Positions 9,311 to 18,694 of a stretch of 48,010 nucleotides of DNA are shown one piece after another. This stretch comes from Gammaproteobacteria bacterium (GTDB taxonomy: Bacteria; Pseudomonadota; Gammaproteobacteria; Eutrophobiales; Eutrophobiaceae). Location: positions 1-48,010 of the forward strand of contig JBLHKL010000003.1 in the NCBI GenBank assembly GCA_047618295.1. Reading direction: 5' to 3'. The notes beneath the pieces are model-generated. The model saw only the letters and a program-made list of their open reading frames with translations, did not search any database and had not been told where the DNA came from. How positions within the stretch are numbered: position 1 is the stretch's first letter; each line of letters begins with the position of its first letter. A program made the translations under genes and the position numbers.

Positions 9311-10144
9311 ATGAAGAAAATAAACTTGATCATAGGATGTGGTTATCTAGGTAGAAGCTTACTTAAACTTTTGCATAGCGAAAAAAACTATGTCGTAAAT
9401 AGATCAGAACAGAATAGCGCTATAAATGTAGATGATGACAATCACCAAATCATTTTAAATATTAATGATAAACAGTCCTGGCGTAGCCTAGATGCGCTTT
9501 CTGAAAAACACAGTATCAGAATTTATTTTATGGTGCCCCCAAGCCAAATAGATCGATTGGCTTTCCCCGGTTTTATCGAACGATTAAATAGACTTGATGT
9601 TCAAAAAGCTGTTTTGGTTTCGTCAACGGTTGTTTACGGCAATAAAGACAGAATTGTTGATGCTGATAGTGATGTCAGTATTGATAGTGAAAGAGCAGAA
9701 CGGCAAAGCTTTATAGAACAAGATTGGTTAGCCTCTGTAAAAAAAGGAAGTATTGTTCGCTTTGCAGGAATATATGGGCCTGATCGTGTGATTGGAAAAC
9801 ACGGGATATTAAAAGGTGACATAATTAATGGTGATCCTGACGGCTGGCTTAATTTGATCCATGTTGATGATGGTGCACAATTGTTAAAGCGCATAGGCAC
9901 GATGGACAAATCTGAACCAATTGAATTAGCTTGTGATGGCAATCCAATCAAGCGCTTCGAGTATTATTCATTTTTAGCGGAAAAACTTAATCAAGCACCA
10001 CCAATATTTTCTCATGGCAGTAGTGGCCGTGGTATTGGCCGAAGGTGTGATAATAGCGTCACAATCTCACGTTCTGGTTGGCAACCGATGCATGTAGATT
10101 TTCGCGAAGCTATTTCTAACTTGATTAAGCGATATGAAAATTAA
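9311..10144 (+). CDS. NAD-dependent epimerase/SDR (YeeZ-like)
   Basis: IIGCGYLG, SSTVVYG, GIYGPDR, NLIHVDD. Confidence 0.8.
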   Translation: MKKINLIIGCGYLGRSLLKLLHSEKNYVVNRSEQNSAINVDDDNHQIILNINDKQSWRSLDALSEKHSIRIYFMVPPSQIDRLAFPGFIERLNRLDVQKAVLVSSTVVYGNKDRIVDADSDVSIDSERAERQSFIEQDWLASVKKGSIVRFAGIYGPDRVIGKHGILKGDIINGDPDGWLNLIHVDDGAQLLKRIGTMDKSEPIELACDGNPIKRFEYYSFLAEKLNQAPPIFSHGSSGRGIGRRCDNSVTISRSGWQPMHVDFREAISNLIKRYEN

Positions 10145-10859
10145 TCGTATACTTGTTTTTCAACACCTACGCATTGAACATCCCGGCATATTTCGTGACT
10201 TTTTTAAAGAAGATGGCATTGAGTCGACTATTGTCGAGCTAGATGAAGGCGATCAAATTCCCGATTTAAAAGAATTTGATGCATTGTGGGTGATGGGCGG
10301 CCCAATGGATGTTTGGGAGGAAGCAGAATATCCCTGGTTGATAGATGAAAAAGCGGCTATCCGAAAAGCCGTTATTGAATTAAAGATACCTTATGTTGGT
10401 ATATGTCTTGGCCATCAATTATTAGCTGATGCACTTGGTGGTGAGGTTGGCCTTGGAGATCATGCCGAGGTTGGTGTTATGGCAATTCATAAGACTGACT
10501 CAGGGAAACAAAGCTCCTACTTGAAAAATATACCGGACAAGATGAATTGTTTGCAATGGCATAGTGCTGAAGTAAAGCGCGCACCATCCGGAATGGATAT
10601 TTTAAGTTATTCGGATAAATGTGCTATCCAATCTTTATCTTTAGGAACACAAGTCTTTACCATGCAATACCATCAAGAAATTATTACATCAACTGTATCA
10701 GACTGGAGTATTATTCCAGCTTATAACGAAGCACTGGAAAAAAGTCTGGGTGAAAATGCCGTCAAAAAACTTGAACAAGATGCACTGGAAAATATGCATG
10801 ACTTTAATAAAACAGCAAGGCAGTTATACGATAATTGGAAATCAACAGTATCGGAATAG
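10134..10859 (+). CDS. Class I glutamine amidotransferase-like protein
   Basis: VMGGPMD, GICLGHQL nucleophile elbow, QYHxE. Confidence 0.85.
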   Translation: MKINRILVFQHLRIEHPGIFRDFFKEDGIESTIVELDEGDQIPDLKEFDALWVMGGPMDVWEEAEYPWLIDEKAAIRKAVIELKIPYVGICLGHQLLADALGGEVGLGDHAEVGVMAIHKTDSGKQSSYLKNIPDKMNCLQWHSAEVKRAPSGMDILSYSDKCAIQSLSLGTQVFTMQYHQEIITSTVSDWSIIPAYNEALEKSLGENAVKKLEQDALENMHDFNKTARQLYDNWKSTVSE

Positions 10860-10863
10860 TTAA

Positions 10864-11049
10864 ATGATGGATAATGGAAGTAATGTAGAATCACCATGCG
10901 TAAGAAACTGTTGTTTGGATCAAAATGATATTTGTTTGGGTTGTTTTAGAACTATTTCTGAAATCATTGCCTGGAGTGAATCGAGCCAGAACCAACGTAC
11001 TAAGATTCTTTCAAATGCCAAAAAACGGAACAGGAAAAATATAGAGTAG
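10864..11049 (+). CDS. DUF1289 small Cys-rich protein
   Basis: SPCVxxC...CxGCFRTxxEIxxW. Confidence 0.8.
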   Translation: MMDNGSNVESPCVRNCCLDQNDICLGCFRTISEIIAWSESSQNQRTKILSNAKKRNRKNIE

Positions 11050-11126
11050 ATATAATTAATGAGATTTCAAGCTTGTATATTTATGCGAATCCTATGCCTC
11101 AAATGTATAAAAATTGGAGAGTTAAT

Positions 11127-11573
11127 GTGAGTGCAAGAAACGAGATTATAAGTTTATTAAACAATTATTGTTATTGTGTTGATACTGGTGATCTGGATGG
11201 CTTTATCAAACTGTATGAAAATGCAGAATGGTATGTTGATGGATCTGCCCCGAATATTGGCAGTAAAGAAATATATGATAATGTAATTTCTAATATTATT
11301 ATTTATGAAGATGGCACACCAAAAACCAAACATATGACAGCAAATGTAGAGCTTATTATTGATGAGGCAAACGGTGTCGCGAATTGTCAACGTTACATAA
11401 CAGTAATGCAACAAACGGCAAAGCTCCCTTTGCAAGCTATCTTTTCCGGGCACTACTTTGATGAATTTGTTCATGAAAATGGTCAGTGGCGATACGCAAA
11501 AACAGTAATTCGCCATCCACTTGTTGGTGATATGAGTCAACACATGAAGGCTACCGAAGGTTTAAATTCTTAA
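11127..11573 (+). CDS. SnoaL/NTF2-like domain protein
   Basis: YCxxVDxGD, DGTPKTKH, SGHYFDEF. GTG at 11127 follows GGAGA. Confidence 0.7.
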   Translation: MSARNEIISLLNNYCYCVDTGDLDGFIKLYENAEWYVDGSAPNIGSKEIYDNVISNIIIYEDGTPKTKHMTANVELIIDEANGVANCQRYITVMQQTAKLPLQAIFSGHYFDEFVHENGQWRYAKTVIRHPLVGDMSQHMKATEGLNS

Positions 11574-11607
11574 AGGCCAAATAGATAAAAGATATGTTCG
11601 TGATTTG

Positions 11608-11844
11608 ATGAACGCGGCTGCACCAAAACGTATTAGATTTAAAATTGTTTTAGATGCAGATAAGTATCTCGCTTATTACAAGGGAATAGCGCGGGATATT
11701 GCGGTGCGTTCAGAAGACAATAGGAAAATAAAATTTCCAGCCGGTGCGATTCGAAAATTTCTCACGCATGAGGGCATCTTTGGTTTATTTGAAATTCAGT
11801 TTGATGAGAATAGCAAGCTGATCAAAATTACTCAGGTAAATTAA
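11608..11844 (+). CDS. DUF2835 protein
   Basis: YLxYYxGxA...IKFPA..RxFLTHxGIxGxF pattern. Confidence 0.7.
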   Translation: MNAAAPKRIRFKIVLDADKYLAYYKGIARDIAVRSEDNRKIKFPAGAIRKFLTHEGIFGLFEIQFDENSKLIKITQVN

Positions 11845-11888
11845 CTAAAAGCTACCTGTGCTGTACTGACACGAAGAACGGGATCGTA

Positions 11889-12398
11889 TTATTTTTTTAA
11901 CGATTTATTTAAAGTCTTATCTTTGTTCCGTGATTCGATAGCAAGGTCTTTTTTATATTCGATCAGTTTATCCATTAACTTTGCGTTACTCGTTGCGAGT
12001 ATTTCAACGGCTAATATTCCGGCATTTTTACCTGCACCAATAGCGACTGTTGCAACCGGAACACCACCGGGCATTTGTACGATTGATAATAATGAATCCA
12101 TACCACTTAACGCTTCAGTTTTTACTGGTACACCAATGACGGGTAAGGGTGTTTGGCTGGCAACCATGCCGGGTAAATGTGCAGCGCCACCGGCGCCAGC
12201 AATAATAACTTTCAAGCCTTTTTTATAAGCGTTCTTTGCATACTTGGCCATGTCATCAGGTGTACGGTGTGCTGAGACAACGTGTACTTCATGGGCAACT
12301 GAAAACTGTTCACAGATATCTGCTGCTGCTTTTAAGGTTGACCAGTCTGAATCACTGCCCATGATAATGCCGACGAGTGGTTTGGTTTGCGCTTTCAT
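11889..12398 (-). CDS. purE: N5-CAIR mutase
   Basis: [23 protein letters not shown], QMPxGVPV. Start at the ATGA overlap with purK. Confidence 0.95.
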   Translation of the reverse strand: MKAQTKPLVGIIMGSDSDWSTLKAAADICEQFSVAHEVHVVSAHRTPDDMAKYAKNAYKKGLKVIIAGAGGAAHLPGMVASQTPLPVIGVPVKTEALSGMDSLLSIVQMPGGVPVATVAIGAGKNAGILAVEILATSNAKLMDKLIEYKKDLAIESRNKDKTLNKSLKK

Positions 12399-13582
12399 TT
12401 TTGTGCTCCGAAACGAATACATGATGCTGCCTTTGATGCAATTTGTTCAGCCTCATTAATATCTGAACCTAATGCGGTGATATGTCCCATTTTGCGTCCT
12501 ATGTTTGTTGTTGTCTTTCCATATACATGTATATGGGCGCCCTTCACTGCCAGAGCTTGTTCAATGCCAACCGGGTAGCCCGTGCCCTGCTCTTCGCCGA
12601 GCATGTTTATCATTACCGCTGCTGGCGCAATCATTTTAGTTGAACCAAGTGGCAGTCCTAGGATTGCTCTTACATGATTTTCAAACTGCGAACATTCACA
12701 AGCTTCAATCGTATAGTGCCCGGAATTATGTACCCTTGGCGCCATTTCGTTAAGAATGATTTGATTCTCTTTAGTAAGAAACATTTCGACGCCGATAGTG
12801 CCTACGCCATCGATAGTTGTTACTGCCTTGCGTGCCAGTTCAATCGCGGCATCAGCGAGTTCATCATCAATACGCGCAGGTGCTCGTACGATATGGCAGA
12901 TGTGATCTTTCTGCACGGATTCAACCACGGGGTAATTGACCATTTCGCCATTCGATCCGCGTGTCACCATTACTGCTAACTCACCAGCGAAATTACAAAA
13001 CTCTTCAACGTAGAGATCTCTGTTATCGCCATCCAGTTTTGCCCAAGCAGCATCAATTTCTGCCGCACTGTTTAAAGTGGCGTTGCCTTTTCCGTCATAG
13101 CCGTTGCGTCTTGTTTTTAAGACTAGTGGCCAACCGAGCTGGTCAGCGTGTTGATTGATTTCTTCCTTTGAGTTGACGGCCGCAAAGGGAGCAACCGCTA
13201 TTCCGGCATCACTTAAGGCCTGCTTTTGAATTAGTTTATCTTGCACCAGACCAATCGTTGTCGAGCTTGGATATAGTTGATGGCCTGCTTGTTCGACGGC
13301 TTTTAAACTATTTGCATCGACAAATTCATTTTCTAGAGAGACGACGTCAACCTTGTCTGCAAGATTGAGCAGATTGGCAGGGTCGTCCCAGTCTCCATAT
13401 AAGATCTCTGCGGCGAGACTGGAGGATGGTGTGTTTTCTGTTTTTTCCAGAATGACTATCTCGCAACCGAGCTCCATCGCGGGTAGCGCCGTCATTTTTG
13501 CCAACTGACCACCACCAACGATACCAATTCGATGTCCACTGGCAATATGATTATTGCTGGTCTTGTTATGAGTCTTTGCCAT
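12395..13582 (-). CDS. purK: N5-CAIR synthetase
   Basis: GGGQL, GYDGKG, [12 protein letters not shown], SQFENH, GRKMGH. Confidence 0.95.
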   Translation of the reverse strand: MAKTHNKTSNNHIASGHRIGIVGGGQLAKMTALPAMELGCEIVILEKTENTPSSSLAAEILYGDWDDPANLLNLADKVDVVSLENEFVDANSLKAVEQAGHQLYPSSTTIGLVQDKLIQKQALSDAGIAVAPFAAVNSKEEINQHADQLGWPLVLKTRRNGYDGKGNATLNSAAEIDAAWAKLDGDNRDLYVEEFCNFAGELAVMVTRGSNGEMVNYPVVESVQKDHICHIVRAPARIDDELADAAIELARKAVTTIDGVGTIGVEMFLTKENQIILNEMAPRVHNSGHYTIEACECSQFENHVRAILGLPLGSTKMIAPAAVMINMLGEEQGTGYPVGIEQALAVKGAHIHVYGKTTTNIGRKMGHITALGSDINEAEQIASKAASCIRFGAQK

Positions 13583-13747
13583 GCGCTTCCTTAATATACA
13601 CCCGTAAAAAAGTCGGCGAATTTAGCACAATCTACGTAGTAAATCTGTAATTCTATTAATAGTAGCCAAGATAGCTGCATAGATTATGGGTTCTGTATGT
13701 TCATGATGGTTATTAAAAAGGTTGAAATATGGTTATTTAAAACCAGG

Positions 13748-13780
13748 TTATTGGTTATTAACAACCAAATTAACCAATAA
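13748..13780. promoter_or_regulatory. Candidate activator (enhancer) site: inverted repeat TTATTGGTTA-N13-TAACCAATAA
   Basis: Perfect 10-bp inverted repeat about 75-110 bp upstream of the -24 element. Confidence 0.45.
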
Positions 13781-13853
13781 AAGGGGCTCAATAAAACTGA
13801 CGAAATAATGATAAGTGATTGAATATATTAATTAAAATGTTATTTATGCGAAT

Positions 13854-13870
13854 TTGGCACATGATCTGCT
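13854..13870 (+). promoter_or_regulatory. Sigma54 (-24/-12) promoter of pqqA1-pqqA2
   Basis: TTGGCACATGATCTGCT has GG-N10-GC spacing and matches TGGCAC-N5-(T/C)TGC. IHF-like TAAGTGATTGAAT at 13812-13824. Confidence 0.7.
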
Positions 13871-13930
13871 CTATATAAGACAAGAAAAAACTTTATAACC
13901 GAATTTATAACTTAATACGAGGATACAACA

Positions 13931-14005
13931 ATGAATTGGCAAACACCTGAATACAACGATATCCGTTTTGGCTTTGAAGTAACAATGTATATCAACAACA
14001 AATAA
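13931..14005 (+). CDS. pqqA: PQQ precursor peptide, copy 1 (MNWQTPEYNDIRFGFEVTMYINNK)
   Basis: W..P.Y.D.R.GFEVTMY signature with ExxxY core; RBS GAGGA. Missed by the ORF track. Confidence 0.95.
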   Translation: MNWQTPEYNDIRFGFEVTMYINNK

Positions 14006-14053
14006 GACCTCTCTTTAATCTTATTTAACACACTTAATACAAGGAATATGACT

Positions 14054-14128
14054 ATGAATTGGCAAACACCTGAATACAACGACATCCGTTTTGGTTTTGA
14101 AGTAACAATGTACATCAACAACAAGTAA
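14054..14128 (+). CDS. pqqA: PQQ precursor peptide, copy 2 (identical peptide)
   Basis: Same 24 aa with 4 synonymous changes; RBS AAGGA. Alternative in-frame ATG at 14048. Confidence 0.95.
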   Translation: MNWQTPEYNDIRFGFEVTMYINNK

Positions 14129-14145
14129 GACTTCCTTCTCGGAAT

Positions 14146-14176
14146 AAAAAAAAGGGACCGTAAGGTCCCTTTTTTT
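14146..14176. terminator. Bidirectional intrinsic terminator
   Basis: A8-GGGACC-GTAA-GGTCCC-T7 between convergent pqqA2 and the GGDEF gene. Confidence 0.9.
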
Positions 14177-14195
14177 ATGTCTGATTCTTAAGTAA

Positions 14196-15948
14196 TTAAA
14201 TTAGACGCAGTTGGTCTTCACTAATACAACAATTGCGGCCGCTATTTTTTGCTTTATATAAGGCTTTGTCTGTTCTTTTGAATATCGTGTCCAGATTATC
14301 CTTGCCCTTGAATTCAGCGAGGCCACAGGAGATGGTTATTTGTACTGTTTTATCATCATACTGGAACGAACAGCCTTCTATGCTTTCTCTTAATGATTCT
14401 GCGACAGTTATTGCAGCGGATAGATCTGTTTCCGGCAAGATTAACGCGAATTATTCACCACCATATCGGCAAATAAAGTCACTGCCGCGTACTTTTGAAT
14501 TGCATTTTCCCGCGACAGTTTGTAAAACAATATCACCTGCTTTGTGACCATATGTGTCATTCACATTTTTAAACTTATCTATATCGATTAGGCATAGTGT
14601 TAATTTATGGTTGTATCGTTGCCAGCGACGGTACTCATGAGTAATGCGTTCATCAAACGCCATACGATTTGGTATTTTTGTTAATGCACCGGTGTAGGCT
14701 TTGCTTCTTTCTTCCTCTACGCACTTTCTGAGTTTTTCAGTTTCCGACTCCATGTTGCTTAGGCGTTCTGTCAGTTCCTTATGGTTAATGTCAGATGTTT
14801 TTTTCCCGGCCGTGCTCAACAGTAATAAACTGATTCATGTTGTTTTGTATAACTTCAATTCGGCTGTTGATTGTATTTTTGATGTTTTCAATTGAGTCGG
14901 CTTCATCAACACCTGTTTGAATCAAGTTAATTTGTTTTTCCATTTCTGTATTGAGTGATACTGAATTCGAAAATGATTCGTTCTCCAGGGTTTCTATGTC
15001 AGCCACCTGTAAAGTAATGTCATTTAATTGCTGAGTTATTTTTTTTAAAAAGCCTTCAGTCTCTATTAGCTCAGCCTGAATCTCCATGTAGGCATTGCTT
15101 ATCGTCAACGCTATGCGGCGTAGTAATTTGCCAATGTCTGCACCATCGCTTCGTTGTTCAAGCTGTTGTTTTAGAGTGTCGAGTTTAGCCTGTGATTTTC
15201 CTGGGATTGTTATCCAGTCAAGCATAGTAATTAGGTGAGCAATTGTGAATTCAGACTCTTTCTCTGTTATAGCAGGTGTTGATGTGTTGCTGTCTGACTG
15301 GGGAGATCGTAAATTTATTTTCTCTATGCATTGATTGATTACTTTTAATTTTTCTTGTTCGTTCTTTAAGGAGATGGACTTTTTACATAGCTCAGCACGT
15401 GAGTCCTCGGTATCCTGATGCTCGGAGAGTTTTCTTAAGAACACCTTGAAGGTGTCAGGTTTTTGTTTATCCTTTGCCGATGATTTATTTATATTAGTAA
15501 TGACATCATTAATTGACTTTAATCGGCTGCTGGGTTCGATGGTGTTGCCTTGTATGTCATTATTGATCTCATCGACAGTCTCTGAAAATTGACCAAATTG
15601 ATTGTCGTTGGATAGTAACTGAATTACGTTTGTGACTAATTGGTTCGTCCTTGATGAATCGGCATCTTTGTCCTTCTTCAGTGACAGGATGGACAAAACA
15701 ATTTGTTCAATTTCTTCTTGTGGTAGGTTGTTGCCGGATTGCTTTAAGGCCTCTTTGAGGTCAAACAGCTTTTTATCGAGGATGTCATATGAGCCTTGAT
15801 AGGCGAAGGTTAACTTTAATACGGTTTTTAGTAATTCCTGCTGCTGTTGTCCCCATGCCTTTTCTTTTACATCCAGCTCTTTCAAGGTCTGGACGTATTG
15901 TTTTTTCCAGTCTGTATCAGGTTCGGCAGCTTCTTCTTGTGGCAGCAT
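14196..15948 (-). pseudogene. Disrupted diguanylate cyclase (coiled-coil plus GGDEF, DgcH-like)
   Basis: Three ORF pieces join into one GGDEF protein. Frameshift at the A7 run (14798-14804) and TAA at 14451-14453 inside GGE*F. Confidence 0.85.
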
Positions 15949-16004
15949 TGATTGTATCCGGCAATTAAATAAAACATGATGCGGGCGTTACAATCGATGG
16001 TATG

Positions 16005-16035
16005 AATCATTCCTGCCTTTCAGACAGGAATGATT
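16005..16035 (-). terminator. Hairpin after dsbA
   Basis: AATCATTCCTG-N9-CAGGAATGATT perfect inverted repeat; weak U-tail. Confidence 0.5.
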
Positions 16036-16052
16036 GATTCTGAATCTATAGT

Positions 16053-16679
16053 TTACTCGTTTGTAGTGCTCGCCCTTTCTTTATCGACGAGTTGATCAAT
16101 AATCTTTAGTAAATTCTCAAAACTGCCGGCAGTGGAACCACTGACCATGTATTTGCCATTGACTATGACGGCTGGGACGCCTGTGAGCTTGTAGCGTTGT
16201 CCCATGACAAAGGCCTGCTTAACCTTGGTCTGAACTTCATCAGATTCGTATACTTTTGTGAATTCGTTCTTATCGATACCATGTTTTACAAAGAAGTTTT
16301 TGATTGAATCATCGTCATGAATCTTTTTCTTTTGTTTGTGTATGGCATCAAATAATGGTGTATGGATGGCATCCAAAGTACCTAATTTATCCGCAGTAAA
16401 ATAAGCCTTGGCATGAGGGATCCAGTTTTTGCGAAAAATAGCCGGCATGCGTCTAAATTCTACATCATCAGGTTTTGATTCCAGCCATTTGCTTATATGT
16501 GGCTCAAAATCGAAACAGTGTGGGCAGGCATACCAAAATACTTCCACTACCTCTATTTTGTCTCCTGACTGGGTTGGCTGTGCTGGAGAGATGGTTACAT
16601 AGCCGTCGCCATCAGCGTATGACTGGTTGCTAATCAGGAGGAATAAGAATATCGAAAGAGTCGTAACTATTTTTTTCAT
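16053..16679 (-). CDS. dsbA: Thiol:disulfide interchange protein DsbA
   Basis: Signal peptide, CPHC, GVPA cis-Pro loop. Confidence 0.92.
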   Translation of the reverse strand: MKKIVTTLSIFLFLLISNQSYADGDGYVTISPAQPTQSGDKIEVVEVFWYACPHCFDFEPHISKWLESKPDDVEFRRMPAIFRKNWIPHAKAYFTADKLGTLDAIHTPLFDAIHKQKKKIHDDDSIKNFFVKHGIDKNEFTKVYESDEVQTKVKQAFVMGQRYKLTGVPAVIVNGKYMVSGSTAGSFENLLKIIDQLVDKERASTTNE

Positions 16680-16778
16680 GGTAGTCCTTAAATTTATTAT
16701 ATTTCGGGCGTGTTTAACTCATACTTATAGGTATAGACAGCTAAATTCAGGTTTTACTTCAGTAAAAGTATGAATTTT

Positions 16779-17384
16779 TTAATGCAGCCCCTGAATATAC
16801 TGAGATACAGCCTCTATTTGTAGGTTCGTCATTGGTCCGGTGATGGTACGCATCATATTGTTAGGGTCATTGCTACGTTCTTCAGCCTTGAACATTTTAA
16901 GCTGGAGAGCGGTATATTCAGCGTGCTGACCACGTAAGGCGGGATACAGAGCAGTTGGATTACCAGCGCCATTAGGTCCATGACAAGCCATACAGGCAGG
17001 CACACCCGTTGTGTAGTCCCCTGCTCGATAGATAAGTTCTCCTGTTTCTATTAATTCAGGTTTTGCAGCGCCTAAGGTTGTTTTTTGACTGGAAAAGTAA
17101 GCACCGAGATCGAGCATGTCCTGATCGCTTAATGGCGCCACCATCGCTGTCATTTGGGCATTAACACGGTTTCCTTTTTTGAAATCATTTAGCTGTTTAA
17201 CGATGTAGGAAGCATGTTGCCCGGCCAGTTTTGGCCAAACAGGATTTACACTATTGCCATCGATACTATGACACATGGCACAGGTTTGTGAGAGAGCCTT
17301 GCCATTTGCAGGATCACCTCCGGCAGCATAGGTATAAGCAGAGGTAAGCGTTAGCAGACAAACAACAATTAAATAATTTTTCAT
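16779..17384 (-). CDS. Di-heme cytochrome c4
   Basis: Signal peptide; CAMCH and CMACH; PKLAGQ. Confidence 0.92.
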   Translation of the reverse strand: MKNYLIVVCLLTLTSAYTYAAGGDPANGKALSQTCAMCHSIDGNSVNPVWPKLAGQHASYIVKQLNDFKKGNRVNAQMTAMVAPLSDQDMLDLGAYFSSQKTTLGAAKPELIETGELIYRAGDYTTGVPACMACHGPNGAGNPTALYPALRGQHAEYTALQLKMFKAEERSNDPNNMMRTITGPMTNLQIEAVSQYIQGLH

Positions 17385-17557
17385 AATTCCAGATCCTTTA
17401 AGACAACATATATGCCGGGTAGTAACAATAAACTCATAGTATGATTATTTTTCAGAACAATGTCCTGATTACGAAGGTTAATTCAAAACCTAATAATCTT
17501 CAAAAACATAAGCAAATTATTTTAACGTTTAAATAAAATTTAACAGTTCACTGAGAG

Positions 17558-18178
17558 ATGACAATAAAAACAGAACAAATAATACCAAATGGTTGGTACA
17601 GCCGCTTTGAATTTATCATGGGTGTAGCCGAATTTAAGCAACTTCCGGAGGATAGTGGTGCTGAGGTTGCCTTTGCAGGCCGATCTAACGTCGGAAAATC
17701 GAGTGTCTTAAATAAGATTACCCATCGGCGTTCTCTGGCAAGAACCAGTAAATCGCCTGGTAGAACCAGAGAATTAAACTATTTCGCCTATGATGACAAC
17801 AAGCATATCGTTGATCTGCCGGGCTATGGCTACGCAAAGGTCGACGAAACCATGAGAAATACCTGGGCGAAGTTACTCGAACGTTATTTACGAGAGAGAA
17901 ACTCCCTGAAAGGCGTGTTTTTGATCATGGATATCCGACACCCAATGGGAAAGTTTGATCAAATAATGCTGGATTACTGTAAGAGCTGTGATTTGCCATT
18001 ACATGTCCTCTTGAATAAGTCAGATAAATTATCTAAAAGTGCCGCAAATAAGACGACCATGGGTATCAGTCGTGAACTGGCAGGTATCAATGGCAGTGTG
18101 CAGCAGTTCTCTGCTTTGAAGGGTATGGGGCTAGATGAGGCACGTCAAAAACTCGCTGATTGGTTGTTTGAGGCATGA
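17558..18178 (+). CDS. engB: Ribosome biogenesis GTPase EngB/YihA
   Basis: GRSNVGKSS, DLPGYGYA, NKSD. Confidence 0.95.
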   Translation: MTIKTEQIIPNGWYSRFEFIMGVAEFKQLPEDSGAEVAFAGRSNVGKSSVLNKITHRRSLARTSKSPGRTRELNYFAYDDNKHIVDLPGYGYAKVDETMRNTWAKLLERYLRERNSLKGVFLIMDIRHPMGKFDQIMLDYCKSCDLPLHVLLNKSDKLSKSAANKTTMGISRELAGINGSVQQFSALKGMGLDEARQKLADWLFEA

Positions 18179-18190
18179 TTTTTTCAGTAT

Positions 18191-18314
18191 AAAAAAATGC
18201 CCCGGGCGATCTTTTTAGGGGAAAGTATGCATCCGGGGCCAGAATGTCCCGGCTGGGGAGAACCGGGTTAATTTTTCCTTCTAAGGGAAGAAAAGAAGGA
18301 AAAACATGCTGTTA
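18191..18314 (-). ncRNA. Candidate sRNA with three C-rich stem-loops (ErsA/sX13-type locus)
   Basis: Stems at 18272-18304, 18248-18267 and 18199-18239; U7 tail at 18191-18197; upstream sigmaE-type promoter; no ORF. Confidence 0.7.
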
Positions 18315-18319
18315 ATTGA

Positions 18320-18347
18320 TTAGAGCCTAGGCATGGCAAAGAGTTCC
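18320..18347 (-). promoter_or_regulatory. SigmaE/AlgU-type promoter
   Basis: Minus strand reads GGAACTC-N16-TCTAA. Confidence 0.7.
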
Positions 18348-18461
18348 TGGGATTTAGATTTTGTCAACGAAAAATTTTCGTTTATGCACAGTTTTTATTT
18401 CTTGCGGACTTGTATGACTTAAACGACAGCCAGTATCCTCTAAGGACAAATAATAACGGTG

Positions 18462-18474
18462 CAACATATTGATA
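18462..18474. promoter_or_regulatory. IHF binding site
   Basis: CAACATATTGATA is an exact match to the reverse complement of WATCAANNNNTTR. Confidence 0.5.
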
Positions 18475-18561
18475 TATATAGCTATATTAGATGCCGGTTA
18501 GTTTTTAACAGTTTTGTCATAGATGAGTTAGCCATGGTCTTTTTGACGTTATATTTGTACT

Positions 18562-18596
18562 TAATCCACAGAGTTATCAACAGAAAATGTGGATAA
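18562..18596. promoter_or_regulatory. DnaA-box triad (DARS-like core)
   Basis: TAATCCACA-gag-TTATCAACA-gaaaa-TGTGGATAA. Confidence 0.75.
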
Positions 18597-18694
18597 GAAA
18601 TTAACTCTGAATAGTAGCAATTACTTAGCGGAACTAAGCTAGAAATGGTCTTAAGAGTTGTCGCTAAGAATCTGCAATAATTAAGCTGAAAACT

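Noticed and set aside
13912-14124. 70-aa minus-strand ORF with an internal repeat; also considered as a mini-CRISPR
   Set aside because: It is the antisense shadow of the two pqqA genes. The repeats are coding, vary only synonymously on the + strand, and no cas genes are present.
18562-18596. oriC
   Set aside because: Only three boxes, no recognisable unwinding-element repeats or GATC cluster, and no origin-linked genes.
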